A program made the position numbers and the translations under genes. This document shows positions 30,592-40,564 of a stretch of DNA of 52,923 nucleotides, in pieces (position 1 is the first letter of the stretch; each line of letters begins with the position of its first letter). Source of the DNA: an uncultured Thiogranum sp. (GTDB taxonomy: Bacteria; Pseudomonadota; Gammaproteobacteria; DSM-19610); NCBI GenBank assembly GCA_913053655.1, contig CAJXFW010000001.1:1-52923 (forward strand), read 5' to 3'. Under the pieces are notes generated by a model. The model had not been told where the DNA came from and searched no databases. It was given only the letters and a program-made list of their open reading frames with translations.

Positions 30592-31800
30592 ATGCAAACA
30601 CGGCTATCAAATACCTATAAGGATTCTCCACTCGGACAGGAAGCCGATGCGATACTGCGCAGCTGCGTACATTGCGGCTTCTGCAATGCAACCTGTCCAA
30701 CCTATCAATTACTAGGTGATGAGCTTGACGGACCGCGGGGACGTATCTACCAGATCAAACAGATCCTTGAAGGCACAAAGGCAACGGTCAGCATACAGCA
30801 GCACCTTGATCGCTGCCTGACCTGCCGCGCCTGCGAAACCACCTGTCCGTCGGGCGTTGAGTACCACAAGCTGCTTGATATCGGTCGTGAACTGGTTGAA
30901 CAGCAGGTTCCACGCCCTGCCCTGCAACGCAGCTACAGGCGTCTGCTTCAATATACCTTCGGCGAAACTCGTCGGGTCAGGTTTTTGTTATTTTTTGCGC
31001 GCTTGCTCCGACCCCTGCTTCCCTTTCAAATCAAAAAGAAAATTCCGCTCGCAAGAAAAATTCCGTTAACTGAGCCGGGGTCATATGCACGCACTATGCT
31101 ATTACTCGATGGCTGTGTACAACCGGCGGCCTCACCACAAATCAACGACAGCGCCATAGCGGTATTTGACCGGCTGGCGATTAACCTGCGCATCATCCCT
31201 GAAGCCGGATGCTGCGGCGCACTGCATCACCATCTCTCCGACAGCGATGCAGCCCGGCACAGGGCGCGCGCCAATATCGATGCCTGGTGGCCGGCAGTCC
31301 AGCAGGGTGCGGAAGCCATTGTCATTTCCGCCAGCGGCTGTGCACCCATGATCAAGAGCTATGGCCATTTACTGGCCGGGGATAAGCAATATGCACAGCG
31401 CGCCGCCGATATCAGCGCCATGACCCGCGATATCAGCGAAGTACTCAGCAATGAAGACACGAGCGCTCTGAACACTGACAAAGTCGGGTGCATTGCCTTC
31501 CACTCACCCTGCTCTCTGCAACACGCCCAGCAACTGGACGGTGTGGTCGAAACGCTTCTGAAAACGGCCGGCTATACGCTCGTGCCGGTACGCGACGCCC
31601 ATCTGTGCTGCGGATCCGCCGGCACCTATTCCATCCTGCAACCGGAACTGGCCAAACGTCTACGTTCCCGCAAACTCGGAGCCTTGCAGGAAAAGCAACC
31701 GGAATTGATCGCGACAGCGAATATAGGTTGTCTGCTGTACCTGCAACAGGAAGCTGAAGTACCGGTCAGGCACTGGATCGAACTACTCGCCAGTACCTGA
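30592..31800 (+). CDS. glcF: Glycolate oxidase Fe-S subunit GlcF
   Basis: CVHCGFCNATCP, CLTCRACETTCP, CCG domains. Confidence 0.95.
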   Translation: MQTRLSNTYKDSPLGQEADAILRSCVHCGFCNATCPTYQLLGDELDGPRGRIYQIKQILEGTKATVSIQQHLDRCLTCRACETTCPSGVEYHKLLDIGRELVEQQVPRPALQRSYRRLLQYTFGETRRVRFLLFFARLLRPLLPFQIKKKIPLARKIPLTEPGSYARTMLLLDGCVQPAASPQINDSAIAVFDRLAINLRIIPEAGCCGALHHHLSDSDAARHRARANIDAWWPAVQQGAEAIVISASGCAPMIKSYGHLLAGDKQYAQRAADISAMTRDISEVLSNEDTSALNTDKVGCIAFHSPCSLQHAQQLDGVVETLLKTAGYTLVPVRDAHLCCGSAGTYSILQPELAKRLRSRKLGALQEKQPELIATANIGCLLYLQQEAEVPVRHWIELLAST

Positions 31801-31847
31801 CGAAACCGCTAGAATGCACACCGCCTGAAATTACGTGGAAAATAACC

Positions 31848-32663
31848 GTGTCCGATTCCCTGTTACCCCTCATCGTCGAACCTGAACAACTCCAGGCAGT
31901 CCTGGGTCATGAAAACCTGGTCATTCTGCACATCACCAAACCGGAACGCTACGCTGAATTTCACGTACCGGGGGCTCTGTTTCTCGAAGGTATGCGCTAT
32001 GTAAGGATCGAGAAACCGGTATTCGGCCTGCTGCCGGATGCCGAAAACTTCAGTGCATTACTCGAGTCATTGGGCATCAGCCCGGAAAGCCATGTTGTCA
32101 CTTACGACGATGAGGGCGGCGGTTGGGCGAGCCGTTTTCTGTGGACACTGGATGTTGCCGGCCATGAACACTTCTCCCTGCTGAACGGCGGACTGGTGAG
32201 TTGGGTCAGCGAGGGCTTCCCGGTCAGTCAGGAACCCGTGACACCGGGACAAGGTACCTACAGCGTGAGCTGGCGCAACGAACCGCTGGCGGACACCGAC
32301 TACATCCTGTCCCACCTCGATGACCCGGACCTCGCATTGCTCGACAGCCGAACACCGCAGGAATTCAGTGGCGAGAAAAAATTCTCGGCGCGCGGCGGCC
32401 ACATTCCCGGCGCAGTGCTGCTGAACTGGGCCGACACCATGGACCAAAGCCGGAATCTGCGCCTGAAACCGGAAGCGGAACTGCGCAAAATGCTGGAGCA
32501 GCGCGGACTGACCAGTGACAAGGAAATCATCTGCTACTGCCAGTCACACCACCGCTCGTCACATGCCTATATCATGCTGAAAGCACTGGGTTACCCGCGC
32601 ATAAAAGGGTATCCAGGTGCCTGGTCAGCGTGGGCCAACCGGCCGGATACGCCGGTTGAATGA
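31848..32663 (+). CDS. Tandem-domain rhodanese/sulfurtransferase (RhdA-type)
   Basis: GGHIPGA, active loop CQSHHRS, YPGAWSAW. Confidence 0.92.
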   Translation: MSDSLLPLIVEPEQLQAVLGHENLVILHITKPERYAEFHVPGALFLEGMRYVRIEKPVFGLLPDAENFSALLESLGISPESHVVTYDDEGGGWASRFLWTLDVAGHEHFSLLNGGLVSWVSEGFPVSQEPVTPGQGTYSVSWRNEPLADTDYILSHLDDPDLALLDSRTPQEFSGEKKFSARGGHIPGAVLLNWADTMDQSRNLRLKPEAELRKMLEQRGLTSDKEIICYCQSHHRSSHAYIMLKALGYPRIKGYPGAWSAWANRPDTPVE

Positions 32664-32720
32664 TTTCCCTTTAGTACCTTACCACTGAAATTTTATACAA
32701 TAATGACGAAGATTTTCCCC

Positions 32721-32790
32721 GTAGGAGCGGGCTTGCCCGCGAATCACACGACCAAAGCACACGGCTATTCGCGGGCAAGCCCGCTCCTAC
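32721..32790. repeat. GTAG REP doublet (REPIN-like)
   Basis: Perfect 24-bp inverted repeat GTAGGAGCGGGCTTGCCCGCGAAT / ATTCGCGGGCAAGCCCGCTCCTAC with a 22-nt spacer. Confidence 0.9.
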
Positions 32791-32873
32791 ACGTTTGGTT
32801 CCGACTATGCCGGGTTAGGAATACTGCCTATACTTGGTGAAGTAGAGACAGGCCGGCGACTGGACACAGCGTA

Positions 32874-33968
32874 ATGGGCAAACCTGATCAATTCACCGTC
32901 AGCACCAAATACTGGCACAAGCTGGATGACGGTCGTGTGCAGTGCGATCTCTGTCCGCGCTTCTGCAAGCTGCACGCCGGTCAGCGCGGCCTGTGCTTTG
33001 TCAGGGGAAATACAGGTGACGAAATTGTACTCACCACCTACGGCCGTTCGAGCGGCTACTGCATTGACCCCATCGAAAAAAAACCGTTAAATCACTTCCT
33101 GCCCGGCACACCGGTATTGTCGTTTGGCACGGCTGGCTGCAACCTCGCCTGCAAATTCTGCCAGAACTGGGATATCAGCAAGTCACGGGAAATCCACACA
33201 CTGACCGACGCAGCCTCACCGGAACTCATTGCGAGCGCCGCAAAAAAACTGGACTGCCGCAGCGTAGCCTACACCTACAACGACCCTGTTATATTTCACG
33301 AATACGCCATCGATGTAGCCAGGGCCTGCCACGAAAAAGGCATCAAGTCCGTTGCTGTCACCGCCGGTTACGTGTGCCCGGAACCACGCGCAGAATTTTT
33401 CCGGTACATGGACGCCGCCAATGTTGATCTCAAAGCCTTTACTGACGACTTTTACCACAAAATTACCGGCTCACACCTGGCCCCGGTGCTGGAGACGCTG
33501 GAATATATCAAGCATGAGACCGACGTCTGGCTGGAGCTGACCACACTGTTGATCCCCGGGAAAAACGACTCGGAACAAGAGCTCGACAAAATGACCGCGT
33601 GGGTCGTAGAAAAACTGGGACCGGACGTACCCATGCATTTCTCGGCGTTTCACCCGGACTGGAAAATGCAGGACATCCCGCCTACACCGATAGCAACCCT
33701 CATCCGCGCGTGTGAAATCGCCATGAACAACGGTGTTCGCTATGCCTACACCGGAAATGTCCACAACAAGGCCGGCGACAGTACCTGGTGTCACCAGTGC
33801 GGGGAACTGCTGATCGGCCGCGACTGGTACGTGCTAAGCGACTGGAAGCTGACAGCAGACGGAAAATGTGCCGCCTGTGGTACGCCCTGTGCAGGTGTAT
33901 TTGATGCCCGACCCGGTAACTGGGGGGCACAGCGGCAACCGGTTCGTCTCAGCGATTTCGCCGCCTGA
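32874..33968 (+). CDS. amrS: AmmeMemoRadiSam system radical SAM enzyme
   Basis: CDLCPRFC, DPIEKKPLNHFLPG, CNLACKFC, YTYNDP, C-terminal CxxC pairs. Confidence 0.93.
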   Translation: MGKPDQFTVSTKYWHKLDDGRVQCDLCPRFCKLHAGQRGLCFVRGNTGDEIVLTTYGRSSGYCIDPIEKKPLNHFLPGTPVLSFGTAGCNLACKFCQNWDISKSREIHTLTDAASPELIASAAKKLDCRSVAYTYNDPVIFHEYAIDVARACHEKGIKSVAVTAGYVCPEPRAEFFRYMDAANVDLKAFTDDFYHKITGSHLAPVLETLEYIKHETDVWLELTTLLIPGKNDSEQELDKMTAWVVEKLGPDVPMHFSAFHPDWKMQDIPPTPIATLIRACEIAMNNGVRYAYTGNVHNKAGDSTWCHQCGELLIGRDWYVLSDWKLTADGKCAACGTPCAGVFDARPGNWGAQRQPVRLSDFAA

Positions 33969-34021
33969 CAGACCCGGCCTCAAAACACGTACCACCCCGG
34001 TAACGACGCCCTTCCAAAACC

Positions 34022-34086
34022 GTAGGAGCGGTCCCCTGACCGCGACCAGCATACCGCAACAATTGCGCCGACGACCGGCGCTTCCC
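34022..34086. repeat. Degenerate GTAG REP doublet
   Basis: GTAGGAGCGGTCCCCTGACCGCGA, nearly identical to the arm at 20734; second arm decayed. Confidence 0.7.
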
Positions 34087-34161
34087 AGTGCATTTTGATA
34101 TAAATGATAGATGCTATCCGAAGATGCTCGTTTAATGGCCGGTTATATTAGCCAGCCCTAA

Positions 34162-34312
34162 ACTTCTGGAGTCGACCCAATAACGACGTTCATCTAATCC
34201 TGTAGGAGCGCCGCCCTTCGGCGCGACTGGTTGTATTACCAACAATCGCGCCGAAGGACGGCGCTCCTACGGTGCTTCGACATGAACGACAGGAGTTGGC
34301 CGAACTCGGAAG
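34162..34312. repeat. GTAG REP doublet (34202-34270) within longer imperfect outer arms
   Basis: GTAGGAGCGCCGCCCTTCGGCGCGA / TCGCGCCGAAGGACGGCGCTCCTAC; outer ACTTC...CGTTCAT / ATGAACG...GAAGT. Confidence 0.8.
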
Positions 34313-34426
34313 TAAGAGTAAGGGACACTGCTCAATTAATCATTTAAACCAAAAAAGATTTAGGCGCACTGCTACGCCAATTGATTAATTGAGCAGTGAT
34401 GTCCCCCTGTCCCCTTACGCATATAG

Positions 34427-34454
34427 TTGACTATCACGGATACCGTGCTACCAT
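34427..34454 (+). promoter_or_regulatory. higBA promoter with HigA operator; probably leaderless
   Basis: TTGACT-16-TACCAT with CACGG-ATA-CCGTG palindrome in the spacer; ATG 6 nt after the -10. Confidence 0.65.
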
Positions 34455-34460
34455 GTCAAT

Positions 34461-34754
34461 ATGATTCTGTCGTTCAAGAACCCTGGAACTGAAGACATTT
34501 TCAACGGTAGAAACTCGAAGGAAGCCAGGCAATTATGTCCTCGTTCATTGTGGCGAATTGCGGTGAGAAAGCTCGATCAGCTGGACTCTGCGCAGTCAGT
34601 CGATGAAATGAGAGTCCCGCCGGGTAATCGGCTCGAAACATTAAAAGGGGATAGAAAGGGGCAGTGGAGTATTCGGATCAATGAGCGGTACAGAGTATGT
34701 TTTAGATGGACAGGAAGCGGCCCCGAAGAAGTAGACGTTACAGATTATCATTAA
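34461..34754 (+). CDS. higB: HigB toxin (RelE/ParE superfamily)
   Basis: PPGNRLETLKGDRKGQWSIRINERYRVCFRW...DYH. Confidence 0.95.
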   Translation: MILSFKNPGTEDIFNGRNSKEARQLCPRSLWRIAVRKLDQLDSAQSVDEMRVPPGNRLETLKGDRKGQWSIRINERYRVCFRWTGSGPEEVDVTDYH

Positions 34755-34766
34755 GAGGTTATTAAA

Positions 34767-35081
34767 ATGGTACGCATCCCGACACATAGAGAACCGACCC
34801 ACCCTGGTGAAATGTTACTAGAGGAATTTATCGAGCCTATGGGTATCACTCAGAGAGAGTTGGCCACATCAATACATGTTCCTTATCAACGGGTAAATGA
34901 AATCATCAATATGAAAAGAGGTGTGACTCCCAGCACCGCTTTGCGGTTAGCGAAATTTTTCGGAATGTCAGCAGATTTTTGGCTGAATTTACAGTTAAGA
35001 TGGGATCTATATAAGGCAAGGCAAGCTGAGGAAGCGGAATTAAAATCAATTAAACCGTTGCGACGTCAAAAGCTTGCATAA
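34767..35081 (+). CDS. higA: HigA antitoxin (HTH-Xre)
   Basis: PTHPGEMLLEEF, TALRLAKFFG, FWLNLQ. Confidence 0.95.
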   Translation: MVRIPTHREPTHPGEMLLEEFIEPMGITQRELATSIHVPYQRVNEIINMKRGVTPSTALRLAKFFGMSADFWLNLQLRWDLYKARQAEEAELKSIKPLRRQKLA

Positions 35082-35177
35082 CGCATATGAGGCCCCCTGT
35101 CACAAGGCGCAGGCGGGCGAGGTTAAGTAACACTGCTACGCTAATTGATTAACTGAGCAGTGTCCCCTCGCTCTGCG

Positions 35178-36044
35178 TCAGACAACCACCGGCACTTTTC
35201 TTTGTCGTATTGCCAGCACGCCGGCAATGACAATTAACAGGGTCCCGAGCACCGATATCCAGTCCGGGATTTCCTGCCAGAAGAACCAGCCGTAGCTTGC
35301 TGCAAAAACGACGGCTATATAGGTAAAGGGGCCGATCTGTGCTGCAGGTGCATAGGCATAACCCTTTGACAACAGGTATTGACCAACCGTGGCAAAAGTA
35401 CCGGCGCCCGCCAGTTGCAGAAGCACCTGGACATTCGGTGTTTGCCAGCTCCACAACAGGGGTATGGTGGAAATGGTTGTACAAATGATGCCGTAAAATA
35501 CCACGACGCGGAACGGTGGCTCGGTACGCGACAAACGCCTGAGGGTCACCATGGCGACGGCCGCAAATGCACCGGATGCCAGACCGATAAGTGCTACTGT
35601 CGAATACAGGCCACTGCCTGGCTTGAGTACAAACAACACGCCTATAAAACCGATAATAATAGCAATGACGACGCGTGAACTAACCAACTCCTTCAACCAG
35701 ATCATGGCTATAAACGGAATAAATAAGGGTGCTGTGAAGTTAAGCAGTACGGCACTGGCCAGTGGTAGATGGGCAAGCGCATAGAAAAAACAGTACATGG
35801 CCGCGAGTCCGAACAGACTGCGAACCAGATGCAACAGCAGGTGATCGGTATTCAATGAATGGCTGACACCCCGCTGCCACACCAGCGGCAACAGCACCAG
35901 CAAACCGAACAGATTGCGGAAAAAAACGACTGATTCATTGGGTAACTGATATGTCGCAAACCGTATCAGCACACCCATTGATGCAAACATCAGTGCAGCA
36001 CAGCTTACCAGCAGGGCGCCGTAGGCCGGGTTGTCTGCTCTCAT
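35178..36044 (-). CDS. DMT/EamA-family transporter
   Basis: About 10 TM helices in two EamA repeats; FFRNLFG, APLFI, LKE. Confidence 0.9.
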   Translation of the reverse strand: MRADNPAYGALLVSCAALMFASMGVLIRFATYQLPNESVVFFRNLFGLLVLLPLVWQRGVSHSLNTDHLLLHLVRSLFGLAAMYCFFYALAHLPLASAVLLNFTAPLFIPFIAMIWLKELVSSRVVIAIIIGFIGVLFVLKPGSGLYSTVALIGLASGAFAAVAMVTLRRLSRTEPPFRVVVFYGIICTTISTIPLLWSWQTPNVQVLLQLAGAGTFATVGQYLLSKGYAYAPAAQIGPFTYIAVVFAASYGWFFWQEIPDWISVLGTLLIVIAGVLAIRQRKVPVVV

Positions 36045-36595
36045 GCAGGAAACGGCTTGAACAGATGCTCGCGGTAGTATTGCAGTTCAGCGATGGAATC
36101 CTTGATATCGTTCAGGGCGAGATGGCTCGATTCTTTCTCGTAGCCGGCCATTACCCCGGGTGCCCAGCGCTTGCCCAGCTCCTTCAAGGTGCTGACATCC
36201 AGGTTGCGGTAATGGAAAAACGCCTCCAGCTTCGGCATCAGGCGCGCCATGAAACGCCGGTCCTGGCAGATGGAATTACCACACATGGGCGATGCACCGG
36301 CAGCAACGTGTTCGGCAAGGAAATCCAGCGTCATGCGCTCCGCATCCTGCGTGGTCAGCGGGCTGTCTTTCACGCGTTGTGTCAAACCGGACTTGCCGTG
36401 CTGACGGGTATTCCATTCGTCCATCGCATCCAGCAGTTTGTCAGGCTGGTGAATGGCCAGCGACGGTCCCTCGGCAACCACATTCAGCTGCGAGTCGGTC
36501 ACGAGGGTTGCTATCTCGATAATTTCATCCTGAAAGGTATCCAGACCGGTCATTTCCAGGTCAATCCAGATAAGGTTGGTTTTTTTGTCCGCCAT
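36041..36595 (-). CDS. orn: Oligoribonuclease
   Basis: [32 protein letters not shown]. Confidence 0.97.
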   Translation of the reverse strand: MADKKTNLIWIDLEMTGLDTFQDEIIEIATLVTDSQLNVVAEGPSLAIHQPDKLLDAMDEWNTRQHGKSGLTQRVKDSPLTTQDAERMTLDFLAEHVAAGASPMCGNSICQDRRFMARLMPKLEAFFHYRNLDVSTLKELGKRWAPGVMAGYEKESSHLALNDIKDSIAELQYYREHLFKPFPA

Positions 36596-36677
36596 TCCCG
36601 ATGCTCCCTATGGTTGTGTTGTATTGTAGCAAAGGCTACCCTGATGCGACTCGCTCAATCCTGGTTATTTTTTATAT

Positions 36678-37922
36678 ATGAACGACTTCTCGTGGATTTT
36701 CCTGTGTGTGCTGGGCCTCTCCGTGATTCTGAAACTGTGGCTGGCACAACGCCAGATCCGCAACGTCACTGCCAACCGTAACCACGTACCGGACGCCTTT
36801 GCCGACGACATACGGCTGGATGCGCATCAGAAAGCAGCCGACTATACCCTCACCAATACCCGCCAGAGCCGGCTGGAACTCGTTTACGGCAGCCTGCTGC
36901 TGATTGCCTGGACACTGGGCGGCGGACTGCAATGGCTGGACAGCAGCTGGCAGCAACTCGGCTGGGCGGCGATCCCGACGGGTGTGGCCATGCTGGTCAG
37001 TGCCTTTATTATCATGGCATTGCTTGACCTGCCCTTCTCGTTGTATCACACCTTTGTCGTCGAGGAACGTTTCGGCTTCAACAAAACCACGCCGGGTGTG
37101 TTTTTCGGCGACATCCTCAAGCAGACCCTGTTGATGCTGGTGCTGGGCCTGCCGCTGACCTGGGCTGCGCTATGGCTGATGCAGGGATCGGGGCCACTGT
37201 GGTGGTTCTACCTGTGGCTGCTGTGGGCAGGCTTCAGTCTTGCCATGCTGTGGGCCTACCCGACGGTTATCGCCCCGCTGTTCAACAAATTCACACTACT
37301 GGATGATGAAAACCTGCAACAACGCATCCAGTCTTTGCTGGACCGCTGCGGTTTCAGGAGCAAAGGTATCTACGTCATGGATGGCTCGCGCCGTTCCGGT
37401 CACGGTAACGCCTACTTCACCGGCCTGGGTCAGAATAAGCGCATCGTGTTTTTCGACACCCTGCTGACGACGCTCGAGGCGGATGAAATCGAGGCTGTTC
37501 TGGCGCACGAACTGGGGCACTTCAAACGCAAGCACGTGCAGAAGCGTATCATTACCATGATGCTGATGAGCCTGGCGGGGCTGGCGCTGCTGGGTTGGCT
37601 GATCGGACAGGACTGGTTTTACCACGGCCTCGGCATACAACAGGCATCGAACCACCTGGCTTTGCTTCTATTCCTGATGGTAGCACCGGTGTTTACCGTA
37701 TTTTTACAACCGCTGTCTTCCTGGTTCTCGCGCAAACACGAATTCGAAGCCGATGATTATGCTGCCCGTCAGGCCAGTGCCGCCGACCTGATCCGGGCAC
37801 TGGTAAAAATGTACAAGGAAAATGCCAGCACACTGACACCGGATCCGCTGTATTCGGCGTTCTACGATTCACACCCGCCCGCACCCGTGCGGGTGGCGCA
37901 TTTGTCCGCTAGAATGAGCTAA
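36678..37922 (+). CDS. Ste24/M48A metallopeptidase
   Basis: DGSRRSGHGNAYFTG, AHELGH, HEFEAD, SHPP. Confidence 0.95.
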   Translation: MNDFSWIFLCVLGLSVILKLWLAQRQIRNVTANRNHVPDAFADDIRLDAHQKAADYTLTNTRQSRLELVYGSLLLIAWTLGGGLQWLDSSWQQLGWAAIPTGVAMLVSAFIIMALLDLPFSLYHTFVVEERFGFNKTTPGVFFGDILKQTLLMLVLGLPLTWAALWLMQGSGPLWWFYLWLLWAGFSLAMLWAYPTVIAPLFNKFTLLDDENLQQRIQSLLDRCGFRSKGIYVMDGSRRSGHGNAYFTGLGQNKRIVFFDTLLTTLEADEIEAVLAHELGHFKRKHVQKRIITMMLMSLAGLALLGWLIGQDWFYHGLGIQQASNHLALLLFLMVAPVFTVFLQPLSSWFSRKHEFEADDYAARQASAADLIRALVKMYKENASTLTPDPLYSAFYDSHPPAPVRVAHLSARMS

Positions 37923-37937
37923 CAAGGAGGACACCCA

Positions 37938-38210
37938 ATGAAACAACTTGCTTTGATCTTTATCCTGTTTAGTACCAGCTCTGTCGTTATTGCGGACGCC
38001 AACAAAGGTAAAAAACTGCACGATGAACATTGCACCAAGTGTCATGGCAGCGAGGTATACACGCGCAAGGACCGCTTTATCGCCAACCGTGCAGCACTGG
38101 ACAAACAGGTCAAGCGCTGCCAGCTTAACGTGGGTGCTCAATGGTTCGATGAAGATGCCGGTGATGTAGCGGATTACCTGGATCAGTCTTTCTACCACTT
38201 CGGCAAGTAG
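37938..38210 (+). CDS. Small monoheme cytochrome c (green-heme-protein-like)
   Basis: Signal peptide, CTKCH, distal Cys (VKRCQ), no Met in the mature region. Confidence 0.8.
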   Translation: MKQLALIFILFSTSSVVIADANKGKKLHDEHCTKCHGSEVYTRKDRFIANRAALDKQVKRCQLNVGAQWFDEDAGDVADYLDQSFYHFGK

Positions 38211-38211
38211 C

Positions 38212-38556
38212 ATGATGAGTGACACCAAACTGACTGACCGGCATTGCCAGCGTGAAACGAGTCTGCTGGACAGTACTGCAGTGCAGGCGCTGATGACGGA
38301 GGTCCATGCCGACTGGTCAGTCAGTGAAGACGGGCAAATGATTCGGCGCATTTTCCGGTTTAAAAACTATTACCAGACCATCGCCTTCGTCAACGCGCTG
38401 GCGTGGGTTGCTCACCGGCAGGATCACCACCCCGATCTGGAAGTCGGCTACAATCGCTGCGTCGTTCACTACGGTACCCACTCGCTAGGCGGCCTGTCAG
38501 AAAACGACTTCATCTGCGCAGCCGGAATCGACGCGCTCGTCCCCGGCGACGTCTGA
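38212..38556 (+). CDS. phhB: Pterin-4a-carbinolamine dehydratase
   Basis: DHHPDL, THSLGGLSENDFICAA. Confidence 0.92.
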   Translation: MMSDTKLTDRHCQRETSLLDSTAVQALMTEVHADWSVSEDGQMIRRIFRFKNYYQTIAFVNALAWVAHRQDHHPDLEVGYNRCVVHYGTHSLGGLSENDFICAAGIDALVPGDV

Positions 38557-38567
38557 ATCCGGATCAC

Positions 38568-39524
38568 GTGGGAGTCCGCCGCCGCCAAGCACGCGCCCCT
38601 GCCACTACCCGACAACCCGAAAAAGCACAGGGCCAGCCCGGCCTGGTGCTGGCCCATTTTGGCCAGATCAGCCTGGTGGAAGACACACAGGGTGAAGTGT
38701 ATCGCTGCGCTACGCGCAAAAACCTGCCACGTACCGTTTGTGGTGACCACGTCCTCTGGCAGGCCAGCAACCCGCGCGAAGGCATCATCACCCAGGTACT
38801 CGAACGTGAAACCACGCTGGCCCGCCCGGACAACAACAACCGGGTACGCCCGGTTGCGGCCAACCTGAACCAGATCGTAGTGGTCATTGCGACCCGACCC
38901 AGCTTTGAGTACGGCATGCTGGATCGCTACCTGGTAGCGGCGGAACTGATGGATGCGACCCCGGTAATTGTCGTGAACAAATCCGACACGCTGGATGATG
39001 AAAGCCGCCACAAACTGGAGCAGCGCCTGGGCATCTACCGGGACATCGGCTATGCGCAGTTATTTACCAGTACCCGTACCACAGACGGCCTGATGGAACT
39101 GCACCGGCAACTCAAATCACACACCAGTATTCTTGTCGGCCAGTCGGGGGTCGGCAAATCGTCACTGGTACAGGCGTTGCTTCCGGACCTTGATATACGC
39201 ATTGGCGCGCTGTCACAGGTGACCGGGCTGGGGCGCCATACCACCACGGCAACCATGCTCTACCATTTACCGGATGGTGGTGATCTGATCGATTCTCCGG
39301 GTGTGCGTGATTTTACGCTTTGCCAGGTACCGGCGGAGGAACTGGCGAGGGGTTTCAGGGAGTTCGAGCCTTTTCTGGGCACGTGCCGCTTTCACAACTG
39401 CCTGCACATCAGTGAACCAGGTTGTGCGGTACAGGATGCGGTACGCAAAGGAACTATCAATGAACAAAGATTCAGGAACTACGACCAGCTGGTAACCAGC
39501 ATGAGCAAGCTGCCAAAGCGGTAG
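38568..39524 (+). CDS. rsgA: Ribosome small subunit-dependent GTPase A
   Basis: NKSD, GQSGVGKS, GRHTT, DSPG, CRFHNCLHISEPGC; GTG at 38568 chosen. Confidence 0.95.
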   Translation: MGVRRRQARAPATTRQPEKAQGQPGLVLAHFGQISLVEDTQGEVYRCATRKNLPRTVCGDHVLWQASNPREGIITQVLERETTLARPDNNNRVRPVAANLNQIVVVIATRPSFEYGMLDRYLVAAELMDATPVIVVNKSDTLDDESRHKLEQRLGIYRDIGYAQLFTSTRTTDGLMELHRQLKSHTSILVGQSGVGKSSLVQALLPDLDIRIGALSQVTGLGRHTTTATMLYHLPDGGDLIDSPGVRDFTLCQVPAEELARGFREFEPFLGTCRFHNCLHISEPGCAVQDAVRKGTINEQRFRNYDQLVTSMSKLPKR

Positions 39525-39540
39525 CCTGGTTCAGCCACCG

Positions 39541-39885
39541 TTAGCCGGGAGGCCAGTGCATAACCCGGCCGCCCAATAGATGCAGGTGGATATGAAAAAC
39601 TGTTTGTCCGCCGTCGTCATTGCAGTTCATGACGGTACGATAGCCCTGCTCCGCGAAGCCTTCCTGCTGCGCTATCTTTGCCGCAGCCATCATCATCTTG
39701 CCGACCAGCGCTGAATTGTCGGCGTCCAGGTCATTAAGCGTGGCTACATGCTGCTTTGGAACCACCAGCACATGCACCGGCGCCTGCGGATTAATATCCC
39801 GGAATGCCAGCACATCTTCATCTTCATAGACGGTGTCCGGCGTGATATCGCCCGACACCATTTTGCAGAACAGACAATCGGTCAT
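39541..39885 (-). CDS. hinT: HIT-family nucleotide-binding protein
   Basis: CLFC, GQTVFHIHLHLLGG. Confidence 0.93.
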   Translation of the reverse strand: MTDCLFCKMVSGDITPDTVYEDEDVLAFRDINPQAPVHVLVVPKQHVATLNDLDADNSALVGKMMMAAAKIAQQEGFAEQGYRTVMNCNDDGGQTVFHIHLHLLGGRVMHWPPG

Positions 39886-39913
39886 GGTTTCTCCTGTCGC
39901 GGGTAACAGCCAA

Positions 39914-40023
39914 GGGACCTCTGATTAATTCCCTTACCGTCATCCCGGCGCATGCCGGGAGCCAGTGTTTTCAATGCCCTGGATTCCGGCATACGCCGGA
40001 ATGACGAAATAATCAGAGTTCCC
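39914..40023. mobile_element. 110-bp palindromic MITE, copy 1 (intergenic)
   Basis: TIR GGGACCTCTGATTA / TAATCAGAGTTCCC; flanks CCAA / CTAA; internal GTCATCCCGGC...GCCGGAATGAC hairpins. Confidence 0.85.
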
Positions 40024-40386
40024 CTAAACGAAAAAATTTACTGACTTGCCCTGGGTAAGGTCGGAGACTGCTTCCGGGCGTGTATTGTTCAAATACTGAA
40101 AGATGGCGGCACGGGACCGGCCTGTCGGGTTGCGCTCTTCTGCAGCCGGACGAGCCTGATCCGCGCTGCGCTCATTGATAAATCTGCGCGTCGATTGATA
40201 GGCTGAACGCTCTTTCTGTAGCAGCTCACCCTGGATGGCCGGTTGAAACGAGTCCCGGGTCGGCCGCCGCGGATTATTTAATGCCACGGGTTCTACTGCT
40301 TCAATTGAAACAGGCTGCCTGGTGTTTCTGATTGATGCCGGTGACGACTGCAACGAAAGCGTTGCCGGCAATCTGCTGATGTCCAT
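40024..40386 (-). CDS. Hypothetical protein
   Basis: 120-aa ORF between recR and hinT; low-complexity, ends GKSVNFFV. Confidence 0.6.
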   Translation of the reverse strand: MDISRLPATLSLQSSPASIRNTRQPVSIEAVEPVALNNPRRPTRDSFQPAIQGELLQKERSAYQSTRRFINERSADQARPAAEERNPTGRSRAAIFQYLNNTRPEAVSDLTQGKSVNFFV

Positions 40387-40564
40387 TTGCGACGTTCAAT
40401 CCTGTGCGTACTATCGGCTTAGAGCGTTGATTTGCGGGAAAAGTTTACACCTTTTTTTGCCCTGTACACCCTGACAAAAAACCGTCGAAATCAGGTCACT
40501 AACGGCCCATCTGTTTTCTTTTACTTCAATGAGTTACAAGCGCTACTTAAAGTTGGCCGCCTGG

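Larger units (their letters stand above)
34322..35166. mobile_element. Putative non-autonomous element carrying higBA
   Basis: 20/21-bp terminal IR (34322-34342 / 35146-35166); 30/32-bp DR (34367-34398 / 35131-35162); AT-rich cargo. Confidence 0.55.

Noticed and set aside
35076-35128. Possible integron attC after higA (GCATAAC...GTTAAGT)
   Set aside because: About 53 bp, with poor R-box complementarity, no L boxes and no integrase nearby; at most a relic.
38212-38556. Carboxysome-associated PCD-like RuBisCO assembly factor
   Set aside because: The catalytic HHP motif is intact and no cso/cbb genes are nearby, so ordinary PhhB is more likely.
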